Origin: Deltaproteobacteria bacterium
GTDB taxonomy: Bacteria; Myxococcota_A; Polyangia; Polyangiales; Houyiibacteriaceae
DNA length: 64,000 bases
Direction: 5' to 3'
Assembly (NCBI GenBank): GCA_004283055.1
Contig: SHLP01000008.1
Span: 668-64,667, forward strand
The notes under the pieces were generated by a model, which saw only the letters and a list, made by a program, of their open reading frames with translations, searched no databases and had not been told where the DNA came from. Shown here one piece after another: positions 1 to 9,152 of this stretch. The first letter of the stretch is position 1, and each line of letters starts with the position of its first letter. Both the position numbers and the translations under genes were made by a program.

Positions 1-517
1 TGCCGATGACGCCCACGCGGTCGGTTGGCTTCACGCCGAATTGCACGATGGGGTTGAACACGGTGATCCCGCCGCAGAACAACGGCCCGGCTTTGTTCGG
101 GTCGACGCCGTCGGGGAGCAGCGTCGCCCACTCGGCGCTGCACCGAACTTTGTTGGCGAAGCCGCCGTAGCGCCCGACGATCGTCTGCTCGGCGCTGAGA
201 CAGAGATTGTGATCACCGCTCATACACTGATCACAGGTCATGCAGCTCGCGCTGAACCAGCCGAGGCCGACCGTGTCGCCGACTTTCACCGAGCTCACGC
301 CCTCGCCGACGGCGCCGATCGTGCCGACGACCTCGTGCCCAGGCACGATGGGATACTGCGAGAATCCCCAGTCGTTGTTCGCAACGGATAGGTCCGAATG
401 ACAGACGCCACAGGCGAGGACGTCGATCTCGACTTGCCCCCGGCCGAGATTTCCTGGGTCATACTCGAAAGGCTCGAGGGACTCGTTGGCTCCCTGCGTT
501 GCGTAGGCTCGAATCAT
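1..517 (-). CDS. Zn-dependent alcohol dehydrogenase (MDR superfamily), 5' part only; gene runs off the left edge
   Basis: Own minus-strand translation from the ATG at complement(515-517): MIRAYATQGANESLEPFEYDPGNLGRGQVEIDVLACGVCHSDLSVANNDWGFSQYPIVPGHEVVG... It carries the catalytic-zinc motifs CGVCHSD and GHEVVG. Absent from the ORF track because no stop codon lies inside the window. Confidence 0.85.
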   Translation of the reverse strand, partial: MIRAYATQGANESLEPFEYDPGNLGRGQVEIDVLACGVCHSDLSVANNDWGFSQYPIVPGHEVVGTIGAVGEGVSSVKVGDTVGLGWFSASCMTCDQCMSGDHNLCLSAEQTIVGRYGGFANKVRCSAEWATLLPDGVDPNKAGPLFCGGITVFNPIVQFGVKPTDRVGVIG

Positions 518-618
518 CGGGCGACTCTAGGGCACCGATCGCTCCATCACAACGGTATCGCTAGCTCTCCAACCGGATTTCCGATGTAGGCCAAGACATC
601 CACAGGTATGGTACCGCC

Positions 619-1431
619 ATGAAGCCCCGAACCTCATCCGCAGACTGCCCACGGCTGGAGCTCCACAACGGCGGCCTGCGAGTGTCGATGTACCTCCCCG
701 ACGCCCAACGTGGGTACTATCGGGGCACCCGCTTCGACTGGTCGGGACTCATCGAACAGGTCGAGTGCCACGGCCACCGGTTTTACGGTCCCCTGCACAT
801 CGAGCACGACACGTACCGGTTCGACGATGAGTACCGCATGGTCCACCCGGGCGAATGGGTCGTCGAACACGGACCAGCGTGGGTGGCCTTCACGCAAGCC
901 CTCCACGGCGAGCGAGGCTGGGCATACCATTACCGGAAGGCCATTAGGCTTCACGAGTGCCACAGCGCCTTTGTGATCGAGCATCGCCTCGAGAACCGCG
1001 GCGACAAGACCATCGACATCACGAACTACAACCACAACTTCACGATCATCGACGATGTGCCCTACGGCCGGGACTACGTAGTCGAGTTCCCGTTCTCCAC
1101 CGACGCGCCGATACCGCTCGGCGACATCGCCTGGTTTCGCGGCAGCCAGATCGACGTGGACCGACCGCTCGAGGACCTTGCGCTTTGGTGGCCCGTGTTC
1201 GAAGGCGACGATCCTGGCAACTACAACGCCGCCGCCGTGCGCAACCGCAGGACTGGCGCCGCAGTGGCGTTCCGTGGAGATGCGCCGATCACGCGAATGG
1301 TGTTCTGGGCCGTGGAGCGAGCGGCCTGTCCTGAGCCGTTCATCCGGATCTACTTGGAACCGGGACGAACCCAGACGTGGTCGACGACGTACCGCTTCAC
1401 CGTCGACGCTGCGCCGGACCACCCGCAATAG
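619..1431 (+). CDS. conserved hypothetical protein (270 aa), family not recognised
   Basis: Longest ORF in the region. Its composition is balanced (His/Tyr/Trp/Phe/Asn-rich), unlike the Arg/Pro/Gly-biased antisense ORF 634..1428. Divergent from the ADH gene. Confidence 0.6.
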   Translation: MKPRTSSADCPRLELHNGGLRVSMYLPDAQRGYYRGTRFDWSGLIEQVECHGHRFYGPLHIEHDTYRFDDEYRMVHPGEWVVEHGPAWVAFTQALHGERGWAYHYRKAIRLHECHSAFVIEHRLENRGDKTIDITNYNHNFTIIDDVPYGRDYVVEFPFSTDAPIPLGDIAWFRGSQIDVDRPLEDLALWWPVFEGDDPGNYNAAAVRNRRTGAAVAFRGDAPITRMVFWAVERAACPEPFIRIYLEPGRTQTWSTTYRFTVDAAPDHPQ

Positions 1432-1457
1432 GCGTCGGGCCTCCTCTCCCCGAAGCC

Positions 1458-2516
1458 CTACGGCAGCCTGTCTTCGGGGACTTGAAGTCCGCTTGGTACC
1501 GCTCTCGGGCGGGCCGCGGCGCGAGTCGTATCGCGGAGGGCACGATGGAGGAAGCGCTCGATCAAGTGCACATCATCGTCGGTGAACGGCCGTCCGCTCT
1601 GCTCGAGCTCGTGCTCGACTGCGCTTTCGAGGTCTGCCACGGAGCCGTTGTGGAAGAAGGGCTCGGTGGCGTGGGCGTTGCGCAATGGCGGAGTGCGAAA
1701 CTTACTCCTGTCGCTGGGCAACCCCGTAATCTCGGCGAGACCGTCGTCTACGACGCCCGCAGCCGGAGGCACGTTCCGATCGGCGAAGATCTCCGATTCG
1801 AACAGTGGCGGACTGTGGCACTCGTCGCAGCCCATCTCAGCGAATCGGAACATGCCGTCGACGAGCTCTTCATCGAATGCGCCGACGTGGCCCCTCACGT
1901 AGGCATCGTACAACGCGCGGTTTGACACGAACGTTCGCTCGAGAGCGGCGATCGCCGCGGCGAAGTTGTCGATCGTGATCGTCGGGTCGGCTGGGAATGC
2001 GGCGGCAAACAATTGTACGTACTTCGGAATCTGCGCCAGGCGGTCGACGAGCACGTCGGGGTCGAGGTCGAGCTCCTCCTTCGCGAGAAGCGGCAGAACG
2101 GCTTGGGCTTCCAGGGATGATTCGCCCCCATCCCAGAGGAGGGTCTCCCGAAACCCGATGTTGAATAGGGTCGGCGTGTTTCGGCGACCGAAGTTGGTAC
2201 CCTCTCGAAAAGGCCCGCCGAGCGACCCGGCGCCGTGGCCCACGGCGATGGGAAGCTGGTCGCTCAGCCCCCAGAACTCGCTGTGGCAGCTTGCGCAGGC
2301 GGTCTCGCGGTCGACCGATACGATTGGGTCGAAGAAAAGAAGCCTGCCGAGCTCGACACGCTCTTCGGGAACATCGGTCACGTCCTCTGGGAGCTTCGGG
2401 AACTCGGTGGTCGCCCACGGCACGGCAGGCCGATCGATGGCCGTCGGAGAAGCGTCACTCGCGTCGCTGCAGCTGGCGAGAAGCAATGCCAGCAACGCTG
2501 CGCGGGGCCGAAACAT
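1458..2516 (-). CDS. di-haem cytochrome c peroxidase (CCP/MauG family), lipoprotein
   Basis: Two CxxCH haem motifs (CASCH, CDECH). N-terminal signal with a lipobox-like LLASC. Conserved blocks such as RNTPTLFN and FRTPPLRN are typical of bacterial CCPs. Confidence 0.85.
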   Translation of the reverse strand: MFRPRAALLALLLASCSDASDASPTAIDRPAVPWATTEFPKLPEDVTDVPEERVELGRLLFFDPIVSVDRETACASCHSEFWGLSDQLPIAVGHGAGSLGGPFREGTNFGRRNTPTLFNIGFRETLLWDGGESSLEAQAVLPLLAKEELDLDPDVLVDRLAQIPKYVQLFAAAFPADPTITIDNFAAAIAALERTFVSNRALYDAYVRGHVGAFDEELVDGMFRFAEMGCDECHSPPLFESEIFADRNVPPAAGVVDDGLAEITGLPSDRSKFRTPPLRNAHATEPFFHNGSVADLESAVEHELEQSGRPFTDDDVHLIERFLHRALRDTTRAAARPRAVPSGLQVPEDRLP

Positions 2517-2566
2517 GGCGAGACCCTAGCACATCAGTTTTGGCACGGTGGGCCGGCCTCGGGAGC

Positions 2567-4366
2567 TCAGAACGCCGACTCATGCAAATCCATGAGGGAT
2601 AGGTCCGAGCCTTCGAGTTGCGCGAGCCGCATGTCGAGCTTTGGCAAAACAGTGCTCGCAAAGAAGCGAGCTGAAGCGACTTTGCCCTGATAAAAAGCAG
2701 CGTCGGACTCGCTGGCCAGCTCGAGCTTTTCGTTCGCAGTCACGGCTTGATCCAGCAACAAATAGGCCATGAGCAGCTCGGCGAGTGAATCCAAAAGACG
2801 GTTGGCGTTGAGACCAACCCAGTAGACCGACTCCTGCATTCGACCGAGCGCGGTCTGCATGCTGCTTTGCATGACGCTCAGCCCGTGTGCCAGCTTCGCG
2901 CGCTCTTCCACGAAAGCGGCGCCGCCGCGCTCTTCAGCGACCAACTTCGCGGCGTCGCCCAGCACGGCTTGAAGGGTCTTCCCTTGGTCCCTCGCCACTT
3001 TTCGAAAAAAGAGGTCGAGCGCCTGAATGTGTGTCGTCCCTTCGTAGAGCGTGTCGATCTTCTGGTCGCGAATGTACTGCTCGATGGGGTAGTCCTTGCA
3101 GAAGCCGGAGCCGCCAAAGGTCTGAAGCGAAACACTCAGCAGCTCGTAGGTCTTCTCCGAGCAATAGGCCTTGATGATCGGAAGCAGCAGATCGCTCTTG
3201 CGAGCGGCGTCCACACGCGCATCGTCGTCGTTTGTGGACGCAACCTCATCTTGCAGGCGGGCTCCGTAATAGATGAGCGCGCGCATTCCCTCGGCGTGCG
3301 ACTTCTGTAGCATGAGCATGCGCCGCACATCGGGGTGTTCGATGATGCGCACGCGCGGGGCTTCCTTGTCGGCCATCCGCTTCATGTCGGGCCCCTGAAC
3401 GCGTTCCTTGGCATACTCGAGCGCATTGAGATACGCGGTCGACATCGTGGACATCGACTTCAAGCCGATGCTCATCCGCGCGTATTCGATGACGTGAAAC
3501 ATCTGCCGGATGCCGTCGTGAACGTCACCGAGCAGCAAACCCCGACACGGACCGCCGGCGCCGAGCGTGAGCTCACAGGTTGCCGATGCGCTGAGGCCCA
3601 TCTTCTTTTCGATGCCGGTGACGATCGCGCCATTGCGCTCTGCGATGCGGCCTGTCTCATCGACCCAGTGCTTCGGCACCACGAACAGACTGAGGCCTTT
3701 GGTGCCTGACTGTGCGCCCGTCGGCCGCGCCAAGACGAGGTGAACGATGTTTGCAGGGCCGTCGAAGTCTCCGTTGGTGATGAAGCGCTTGGTGCCTTCG
3801 AGCTCCCAGACATCGTCGTGAAGATGTTTGGCGGTCGTACGACCTGCACCGACGTCGGAGCCTGCGTCGGGCTCCGTGAGCACCATCGTCGCACCCCAGT
3901 GGCCGTCGATCATATTGTTCACGTACCGCGATTTCTGTGTGTCGGTACCCAGCTTGTCGATCAGCGCCGCAACGAACGTGCCGAGGAGATAGAACGTTGC
4001 GGCGGAGTTGCCGCCCCAAAGCAACTCGAACGAGGCCCATCGGAGACTCGGCGGCGCGCCCACCCCACCCAAGTGCTCCGGCAGCTCGAGCCCTTGCCAG
4101 TCGGCCTCGTAGAACGCCTCGACCGCTGCGCGGACACTCGGCGGCAAGGTGACATCACCATCGTTGAGGGTCAGCGGAGTCCGGTCGCCCGGCTCGAAGC
4201 TCTCAGCAAAGGCGCCCTTCGCCAGCTTTTCCACTTCGAGAAGCACGTTGCGGGCCGTTTCTTCGTCCATGTCCGCGAACGCCCCGCTGCCCATCACGTC
4301 CTGCGTGCGGTGGTACTCGAAGAGGTTGAATTGAATGTCGCGTAGGTTGCTCTTGTAGTGGGCCAT
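2567..4366 (-). CDS. long-form acyl-CoA dehydrogenase (FadE-like, about 600 aa)
   Basis: MAHYKSNLRDIQFNLFEY... is a typical N-terminus of this family, and the ACAD middle and C-terminal domains are recognisable. The track ORF extends to 4423. The ATG at complement(4364-4366) is preceded by a GAGGAG Shine-Dalgarno, so that start is preferred. Confidence 0.85.
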   Translation of the reverse strand: MAHYKSNLRDIQFNLFEYHRTQDVMGSGAFADMDEETARNVLLEVEKLAKGAFAESFEPGDRTPLTLNDGDVTLPPSVRAAVEAFYEADWQGLELPEHLGGVGAPPSLRWASFELLWGGNSAATFYLLGTFVAALIDKLGTDTQKSRYVNNMIDGHWGATMVLTEPDAGSDVGAGRTTAKHLHDDVWELEGTKRFITNGDFDGPANIVHLVLARPTGAQSGTKGLSLFVVPKHWVDETGRIAERNGAIVTGIEKKMGLSASATCELTLGAGGPCRGLLLGDVHDGIRQMFHVIEYARMSIGLKSMSTMSTAYLNALEYAKERVQGPDMKRMADKEAPRVRIIEHPDVRRMLMLQKSHAEGMRALIYYGARLQDEVASTNDDDARVDAARKSDLLLPIIKAYCSEKTYELLSVSLQTFGGSGFCKDYPIEQYIRDQKIDTLYEGTTHIQALDLFFRKVARDQGKTLQAVLGDAAKLVAEERGGAAFVEERAKLAHGLSVMQSSMQTALGRMQESVYWVGLNANRLLDSLAELLMAYLLLDQAVTANEKLELASESDAAFYQGKVASARFFASTVLPKLDMRLAQLEGSDLSLMDLHESAF

Positions 4367-4484
4367 GAAACTCCTCGGTCGACGCGGCGGCACGTCGAGC
4401 GCTTCGTAGCCTAGCGGGCTCATCCTAAACGCTCAATTCCCTCGCAATCACGGGCAGGGGAGAGCGCTGGCGGGCGATCGAGCT

Positions 4485-4967
4485 TCAGTCGTCCGAAAGC
4501 TGGCTCTTGCGTAGGGCCTCCACGCTCTCTTCCCAGTTCCGCCCGTCAAAGTCGTAGAAGCGAAACTCCGACGGCGTCAACCCATCGAGGCACCGGATGT
4601 TGACATCAATTCGATCCGGGTGGCTCCGCGGACGGTAGAACGAGTGAATCCCACAACGGCTGCAGAAGTGGTGCTTTGCGACGTGGGTACCGAACGTGTA
4701 CGTCGTCAGCGCTTCGCTGCCCCGAAGAAGCTCGAAGTCCTCTTTGTTCACGATCAGATGAAGGTAGCCCTTCTTGCTGCAGGCGCTGCAATTGCAGCGG
4801 ACACCTTCGAGTTTCCTCACGGTCACCCGGTATCTAACCGCGCCGCAATGGCAGCCTCCCTCGACGAGCTTTGGCGTGGTCCCTGTCGTCACTCCTACGG
4901 CTCCCTCGATTCGCCCCCTTCCAACACGCTGTATTCTTAGCACGCCCTCGTTTTTCGGTCGTCCCAT
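4485..4967 (-). CDS. GFA (glutathione-dependent formaldehyde-activating / CENP-V-like) family protein
   Basis: Zinc-cysteine pattern GGCHCG ... CNCSACSKKG ... FCSRCG is characteristic of the GFA domain. The start is uncertain: the track ORF begins at 5024, and I chose the internal ATG at 4967. Confidence 0.7.
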   Translation of the reverse strand: MGRPKNEGVLRIQRVGRGRIEGAVGVTTGTTPKLVEGGCHCGAVRYRVTVRKLEGVRCNCSACSKKGYLHLIVNKEDFELLRGSEALTTYTFGTHVAKHHFCSRCGIHSFYRPRSHPDRIDVNIRCLDGLTPSEFRFYDFDGRNWEESVEALRKSQLSDD

Positions 4968-5082
4968 GTCCGTCGCGCACTGGAGTCGGGGCTTCGCCGC
5001 ACATCCCGCAGCGAAAAACACCAATCTGAGCGAAACTCGCCGAGCGTTGACAACCGTTGGGCGGTCGTGTTCCGATTTGCGA

Positions 5083-5727
5083 ATGTGGTCAGCGCTTGAT
5101 GTCTTTCATTCGAGCCTCGCCCCCTTGTTGCTGGCAATCGCGACCGGATTCACGGTCGCGGGGTGCGACGATGAGTTCCTGAACAGGATCTCCCTCGAGG
5201 TTCTTGGTGCGGGGAGCGGGTCGGGGCGAGTCACTTCGCTCGAGGACGCGGTTCCAATCGATTGCGTCATCGTTGCGGGAATGGTCCGTGGATCGTGCAG
5301 CCGGGAGGTTGACGAGGCCGGTGCGGGCGGGGCGTTTTCCCTGATGGCCGAGCCCGAGCCTGGAAGTGTCTTCTCAGGATGGGATGGTTGCAATGAGTTT
5401 GTGGGCGACCGATGCCAGCTGTCCTTCGAACCTGGCGAGGACGACGTACGTTTTCTCGTGACGGCAAGGTTCGAACCGGATGTCAATGATCCTTGCAACA
5501 TGACCTATGGGTCCAACCCGGGATATGTCTTGTGCTCGCAGACTCCAACGTCGTGTACCTTCTACACGCTGCTCAACGATGTCGATAGCTGCAACACGCG
5601 CTGCGAATCCGCTGGCGGCACCTGCCTCTCTTCGATGCCCGACACCAACGACACCTGTGTCCCGGGTGGGCCCGGCACCTGCGACGAAATCGTTGGCGAT
5701 CGCCTCTGCGAGTGCAGCAAACCCTGA
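5083..5727 (+). CDS. Cys-rich secreted lipoprotein with an InlB-B-repeat-like N-terminal domain
   Basis: The internal ATG at 5083 gives MWSALDVFHSSLAPLLLAIATGFTVAGC, a signal peptide plus lipobox VAGC. The GSGSGRVTS...IDC...C...GSVFSGWDGC...C pattern resembles the divergent InlB B-repeat domain. The C-terminal half contains about 10 Cys. The upstream part of track ORF 4774..5727 overlaps the GFA gene and was discarded. Confidence 0.65.
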   Translation: MWSALDVFHSSLAPLLLAIATGFTVAGCDDEFLNRISLEVLGAGSGSGRVTSLEDAVPIDCVIVAGMVRGSCSREVDEAGAGGAFSLMAEPEPGSVFSGWDGCNEFVGDRCQLSFEPGEDDVRFLVTARFEPDVNDPCNMTYGSNPGYVLCSQTPTSCTFYTLLNDVDSCNTRCESAGGTCLSSMPDTNDTCVPGGPGTCDEIVGDRLCECSKP

Positions 5728-5861
5728 AGCTGGACTTCCTAGCGAAGCGCGTTCGGTGATGCGCTTCCGTCGAACTTCAGAGCTCGCAGCGTTCGCAACG
5801 GCCCTCGGACGTCGCGGCCGGCTTGACCTCGCATCCTTCCACGTAAGTATGAGCTGCGACC

Positions 5862-6374
5862 ATGAACCCCGACGAACCAGTTTTCGATGCAAACGCCGCC
5901 GCGATTCTCGATGACGATTCTGATCCTCCGATGCGCGAGCGGGTCTACCGATTGCTTTCGCAGCAGCCCTACGGTGTGCTTTGCGTGCAGGGCGGTGGTC
6001 AGCCGTATGGCGCCCTGGTAGCATACGCGTTTTCCGAGGACCTTCGGCACCTCGTGTTCACCACGCCCGTCACGACGCGCAAGTATCGCCTGTTGAGCGA
6101 GTCGGCCCAGGTTGCGTTCGTCGTCGACAGTCGGTCGAGCGAGACGGACGACCTGATGGAGCTCGAAGCGGTTACCGCTACCGGGCGTGCGCATTTGATC
6201 GATCGAGGCGGCGAATTCGAGCGCTGGGCTGAGTTGCTGGTCCGCCGGCACTCGTATCTGAAATCGTTTGTGAGCGCGGCTAGCTGTGCGCTATTCCGCA
6301 TCGATGTCGTGCGCTTTTTGCACGTGGTGCGATTTCAAGAGGTGCGTCAGTGGATTCCAACGGACCAGTCCTGA
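5862..6374 (+). CDS. pyridoxamine 5'-phosphate oxidase-like FMN-binding (split-barrel) protein
   Basis: 170 aa. YGVLCVQGGGQPYGALVAYAFSEDLRHLVFTTPVTTRKY and the later beta-rich segments fit the PNPOx-like split-barrel family. The 3' end overlaps the next gene by 25 nt. Confidence 0.65.
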   Translation: MNPDEPVFDANAAAILDDDSDPPMRERVYRLLSQQPYGVLCVQGGGQPYGALVAYAFSEDLRHLVFTTPVTTRKYRLLSESAQVAFVVDSRSSETDDLMELEAVTATGRAHLIDRGGEFERWAELLVRRHSYLKSFVSAASCALFRIDVVRFLHVVRFQEVRQWIPTDQS

Positions 6375-8611
6375 TTCCCCTCGACGCCGTCGAGGCGCGC
6401 CACGAAGCAGTCATTGGAGGGAAGGCGGCCAAGCTCTCGCAGCTCGCCCGAGCAGGTTTCCCCGTGCCCCGAGGCGTCTGCCTGACCACGTGGGCTTATG
6501 AATCGTTCATCGGCGACTCCGACATCGTCAACACGATTCGCATGGAGCTGGGCCGCAAGTCGCTCGACGAGATGCGCTGGGAGGAGATCTGGGACGCAGC
6601 CCTTCGGATTCGTGCGGCCTTCATGTTGCAGCCGCTCTCCGATTTGCTGCAAAGGACCATCGCCGAGAGTCTGAGCGCTTTCGATTCCTCCACCCGGCTC
6701 GCGGTTCGCTCGTCCGCGATTGGTGAAGACTCTGCGGACCGCAGCTTCGCCGGTTTGCACGAATCGATCATCGGCGTTCGCGGCACAAACGCCGTACAAG
6801 ACGCAGTGCGTTTGGTGTGGGCGTCGCTCTGGTCCGACGCGGCCCTTTTGTATCGAAAAGAGCTAGGTCTCGATCCGGCTCGGAGCCGAATGGCGGTGCT
6901 CATCCAAGAGGCGGTGGACGACGACCGCTCTGGCGTTGCGTTTGCTCGCGACCCACGCAACACGCGCACGGAGCACGCCATTATCGAGTCGGTCCCGGGC
7001 CCGTGCAGCCTGCTGGTCGATGGCGTGGTCGACCCCGATCGCTGGGAAATCCACCGCAAGACGCGAAGCGTCATCAAGTGGCGACCTGGGCAGCGCGAGG
7101 AGTCGAACGACGATGGTCCGCTGCTCGAACCACGCGATCTCGAGAAGGTCATGGAAACCTTGCTGTCGGTGGAGCAGCTGTTTTCCTGGGCGCCCGACAT
7201 GGAGTGGACGGGGCGCTCTGAGACGCTCACCGTTTTGCAAGCGCGGCCGATCACGACCGCAGCGCCCGAAGAAGATGACACACGAAGCTGGTACCTCAGC
7301 CTGCGGCCCAGCGATGTCCGGTTGAGAGACCTGCGCAAGCGCGTGAGCGAGCAGCTCATTCCGCAATTGGAAGCGCTGGGGGAGGCTCTGGCAGCGGAGG
7401 AGCTCGACCTCCTCGACGACGAGCAGTTGGCCCAAGCGATTGGGGCTCGCGCCGACTACGTCGCCGAATGGAAGAAGATTTACTGGGATGAGTTCATCCC
7501 TTTTGCCCACGGGGTGCGTCGACTCGGGACGTATTACAACGACGCCGTGAAGCCCGACGATCCGTACGAGTTCGTCGGATTGCTCCGGGATCAGCCCTTG
7601 CTGGCGGCTCAGCGAAACCGGGCGATCGCCGTGCTGGCGCGGGATCTCGCGAGTCACGACTCGGTCCGAGCGGCGGTCGAGCAGCTGCTTCAAGGACAGG
7701 CGGGCTCGGTGAAATGGGCCGACTTCCGCCGAGAGCTGATGCAAATCGAAGACGGTGCGGCCGGTTTCGTCGAAGGCTTCGAACGTATGAGCGAGCGTTT
7801 TCTCGACGTCACGTACGACGACCAGCGGCTCTTTGACCAGCCCGAGCTCCTGCTGCGGAACATCGTCGAGCTGTCGCGCCTCCCCGATCGGCTGCCACAG
7901 GGCAGCGGGGCTTCGGGAGAATCCGCTTCGGTGCTGCAACAACGCTTGCTCGACGCTGTCGGGGCGGAACGGCACGAGGAGGCTCAGCATATCGTTGAGA
8001 CCGGACGCGTCAGCTGGAAACTTCGCGACGACGACAACCTGCTCGTCGCGCGCCTGCAGAGCCAATTGCTCCGTGCCCTCAGCGTAGCCGCCTCGCGCCT
8101 TCGAGACCGCGATCAACTGGTCGATGAGGAGAAGCCGAACGCCTCGCACCTCGAACCGCTCGTTCAAGCACTTCGGACGCGAAACGCCGCGCCCATCGCG
8201 CTCACGCCGCGCACGGCGGCTACGAAGTCCGACCCGTTGCCAATGGAAAAGGGCGAATCATCGCGCCAGCTGATCGGACAGCCCGCGTCACCCGGTCTTG
8301 CCACCGGGACCGTTCGATGCATCCGTGGGCGTGACGCTCTCAGCAAATTTCGATGCGGTGACATCCTGGTCTGCGATGCGATCGAGCCGACCATGACCCA
8401 TTTGGTGCCCCTTGCGAGCGCCATCGTCGAGCGCCGGGGTGGCATGCTGATCCACGGATCGATCATCGCGCGCGAGCTCGGCATCCCCTGTGTGAACGGC
8501 GTGCGGAACGCGGCCGACATATTGAAGGACGGGGACTTCGTCACGGTGGACGGCCACCTCGGCATCGTCACCGTGGGAGCCGCCGAGTTCGATCTGGAAC
8601 GTGATTTCTAG
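6350..8611 (+). CDS. PEP-utilising enzyme family protein: PPDK-type N-terminal ATP-grasp plus C-terminal phosphohistidine swivel domain, with no PEP/pyruvate TIM-barrel domain
   Basis: The N-terminus, IGGKAAKLSQLARAGFPVPRGVCLT, is typical of pyruvate phosphate dikinase / PEP synthase nucleotide-binding domains. The C-terminus, RRGGMLIHGSIIARELGIPCV, is the mobile His domain. A middle region of about 330 aa is unassigned. Confidence 0.8.
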   Translation: MDSNGPVLIPLDAVEARHEAVIGGKAAKLSQLARAGFPVPRGVCLTTWAYESFIGDSDIVNTIRMELGRKSLDEMRWEEIWDAALRIRAAFMLQPLSDLLQRTIAESLSAFDSSTRLAVRSSAIGEDSADRSFAGLHESIIGVRGTNAVQDAVRLVWASLWSDAALLYRKELGLDPARSRMAVLIQEAVDDDRSGVAFARDPRNTRTEHAIIESVPGPCSLLVDGVVDPDRWEIHRKTRSVIKWRPGQREESNDDGPLLEPRDLEKVMETLLSVEQLFSWAPDMEWTGRSETLTVLQARPITTAAPEEDDTRSWYLSLRPSDVRLRDLRKRVSEQLIPQLEALGEALAAEELDLLDDEQLAQAIGARADYVAEWKKIYWDEFIPFAHGVRRLGTYYNDAVKPDDPYEFVGLLRDQPLLAAQRNRAIAVLARDLASHDSVRAAVEQLLQGQAGSVKWADFRRELMQIEDGAAGFVEGFERMSERFLDVTYDDQRLFDQPELLLRNIVELSRLPDRLPQGSGASGESASVLQQRLLDAVGAERHEEAQHIVETGRVSWKLRDDDNLLVARLQSQLLRALSVAASRLRDRDQLVDEEKPNASHLEPLVQALRTRNAAPIALTPRTAATKSDPLPMEKGESSRQLIGQPASPGLATGTVRCIRGRDALSKFRCGDILVCDAIEPTMTHLVPLASAIVERRGGMLIHGSIIARELGIPCVNGVRNAADILKDGDFVTVDGHLGIVTVGAAEFDLERDF

Positions 8612-8699
8612 CTCCTGGATGGAGTGAAATGGGCGAAGTGCTCTGCTGCGCGCGGCGGCGAGGTGGCGGGATACAGAACAGCGGGCTATCTGGGCGCCC

Positions 8700-9110
8700 A
8701 TGGATCTGCAACTCACCGTCCCCGCCGTGCTGTTCCCCGCGATCAGCCTTCTCTACCTTTCGTACAACGGCCGCTTTCTAGCGCTGGCACAACTCATCCG
8801 CGACCTGCACGCGAAGTGGCAAGAGGATGGCGATGAAGCCATCTACGACCAGATCCAAAACCTCAGGCTGCGCCTCAGCTTCATCCGCTGGATGCAGATC
8901 TGCGGCGCGACTTCGTTCATCCTGGCCGCATCGAGTATGACCGCGCTTTTCTACGGCTACGAGCAGGTGGGACAGCTTCTCTTTGGCGCCTCGCTCGTGA
9001 TGCTCATCGCGTCGGTCGCGTATCTGCTGCGCGAGAACATCATTTCCGTGGAAGCGCTCGAGCTGCAGCTGGGCTCGCTGCCCCGGGTAGCCGATGAGGA
9101 GCGCGTCTAG
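8700..9110 (+). CDS. DUF2721-like small membrane protein
   Basis: 136 aa with three hydrophobic segments. The LLYLSYNGRFLALAQLIRDLH motif resembles the DUF2721 family. Confidence 0.55.
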   Translation: MDLQLTVPAVLFPAISLLYLSYNGRFLALAQLIRDLHAKWQEDGDEAIYDQIQNLRLRLSFIRWMQICGATSFILAASSMTALFYGYEQVGQLLFGASLVMLIASVAYLLRENIISVEALELQLGSLPRVADEERV

Positions 9111-9152
9111 GAAGCTTCGCGTTTCCCCTGGTGGGCCTGATATGCTCGCTCC

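Noticed and set aside
5468-5477. tRNA T-loop-like strings: GGTTCGAACC here, and GGTTCGATTC near 13384.
   Set aside because: Both lie inside well-supported coding regions, and the flanking bases do not form a T-stem or the rest of a cloverleaf.
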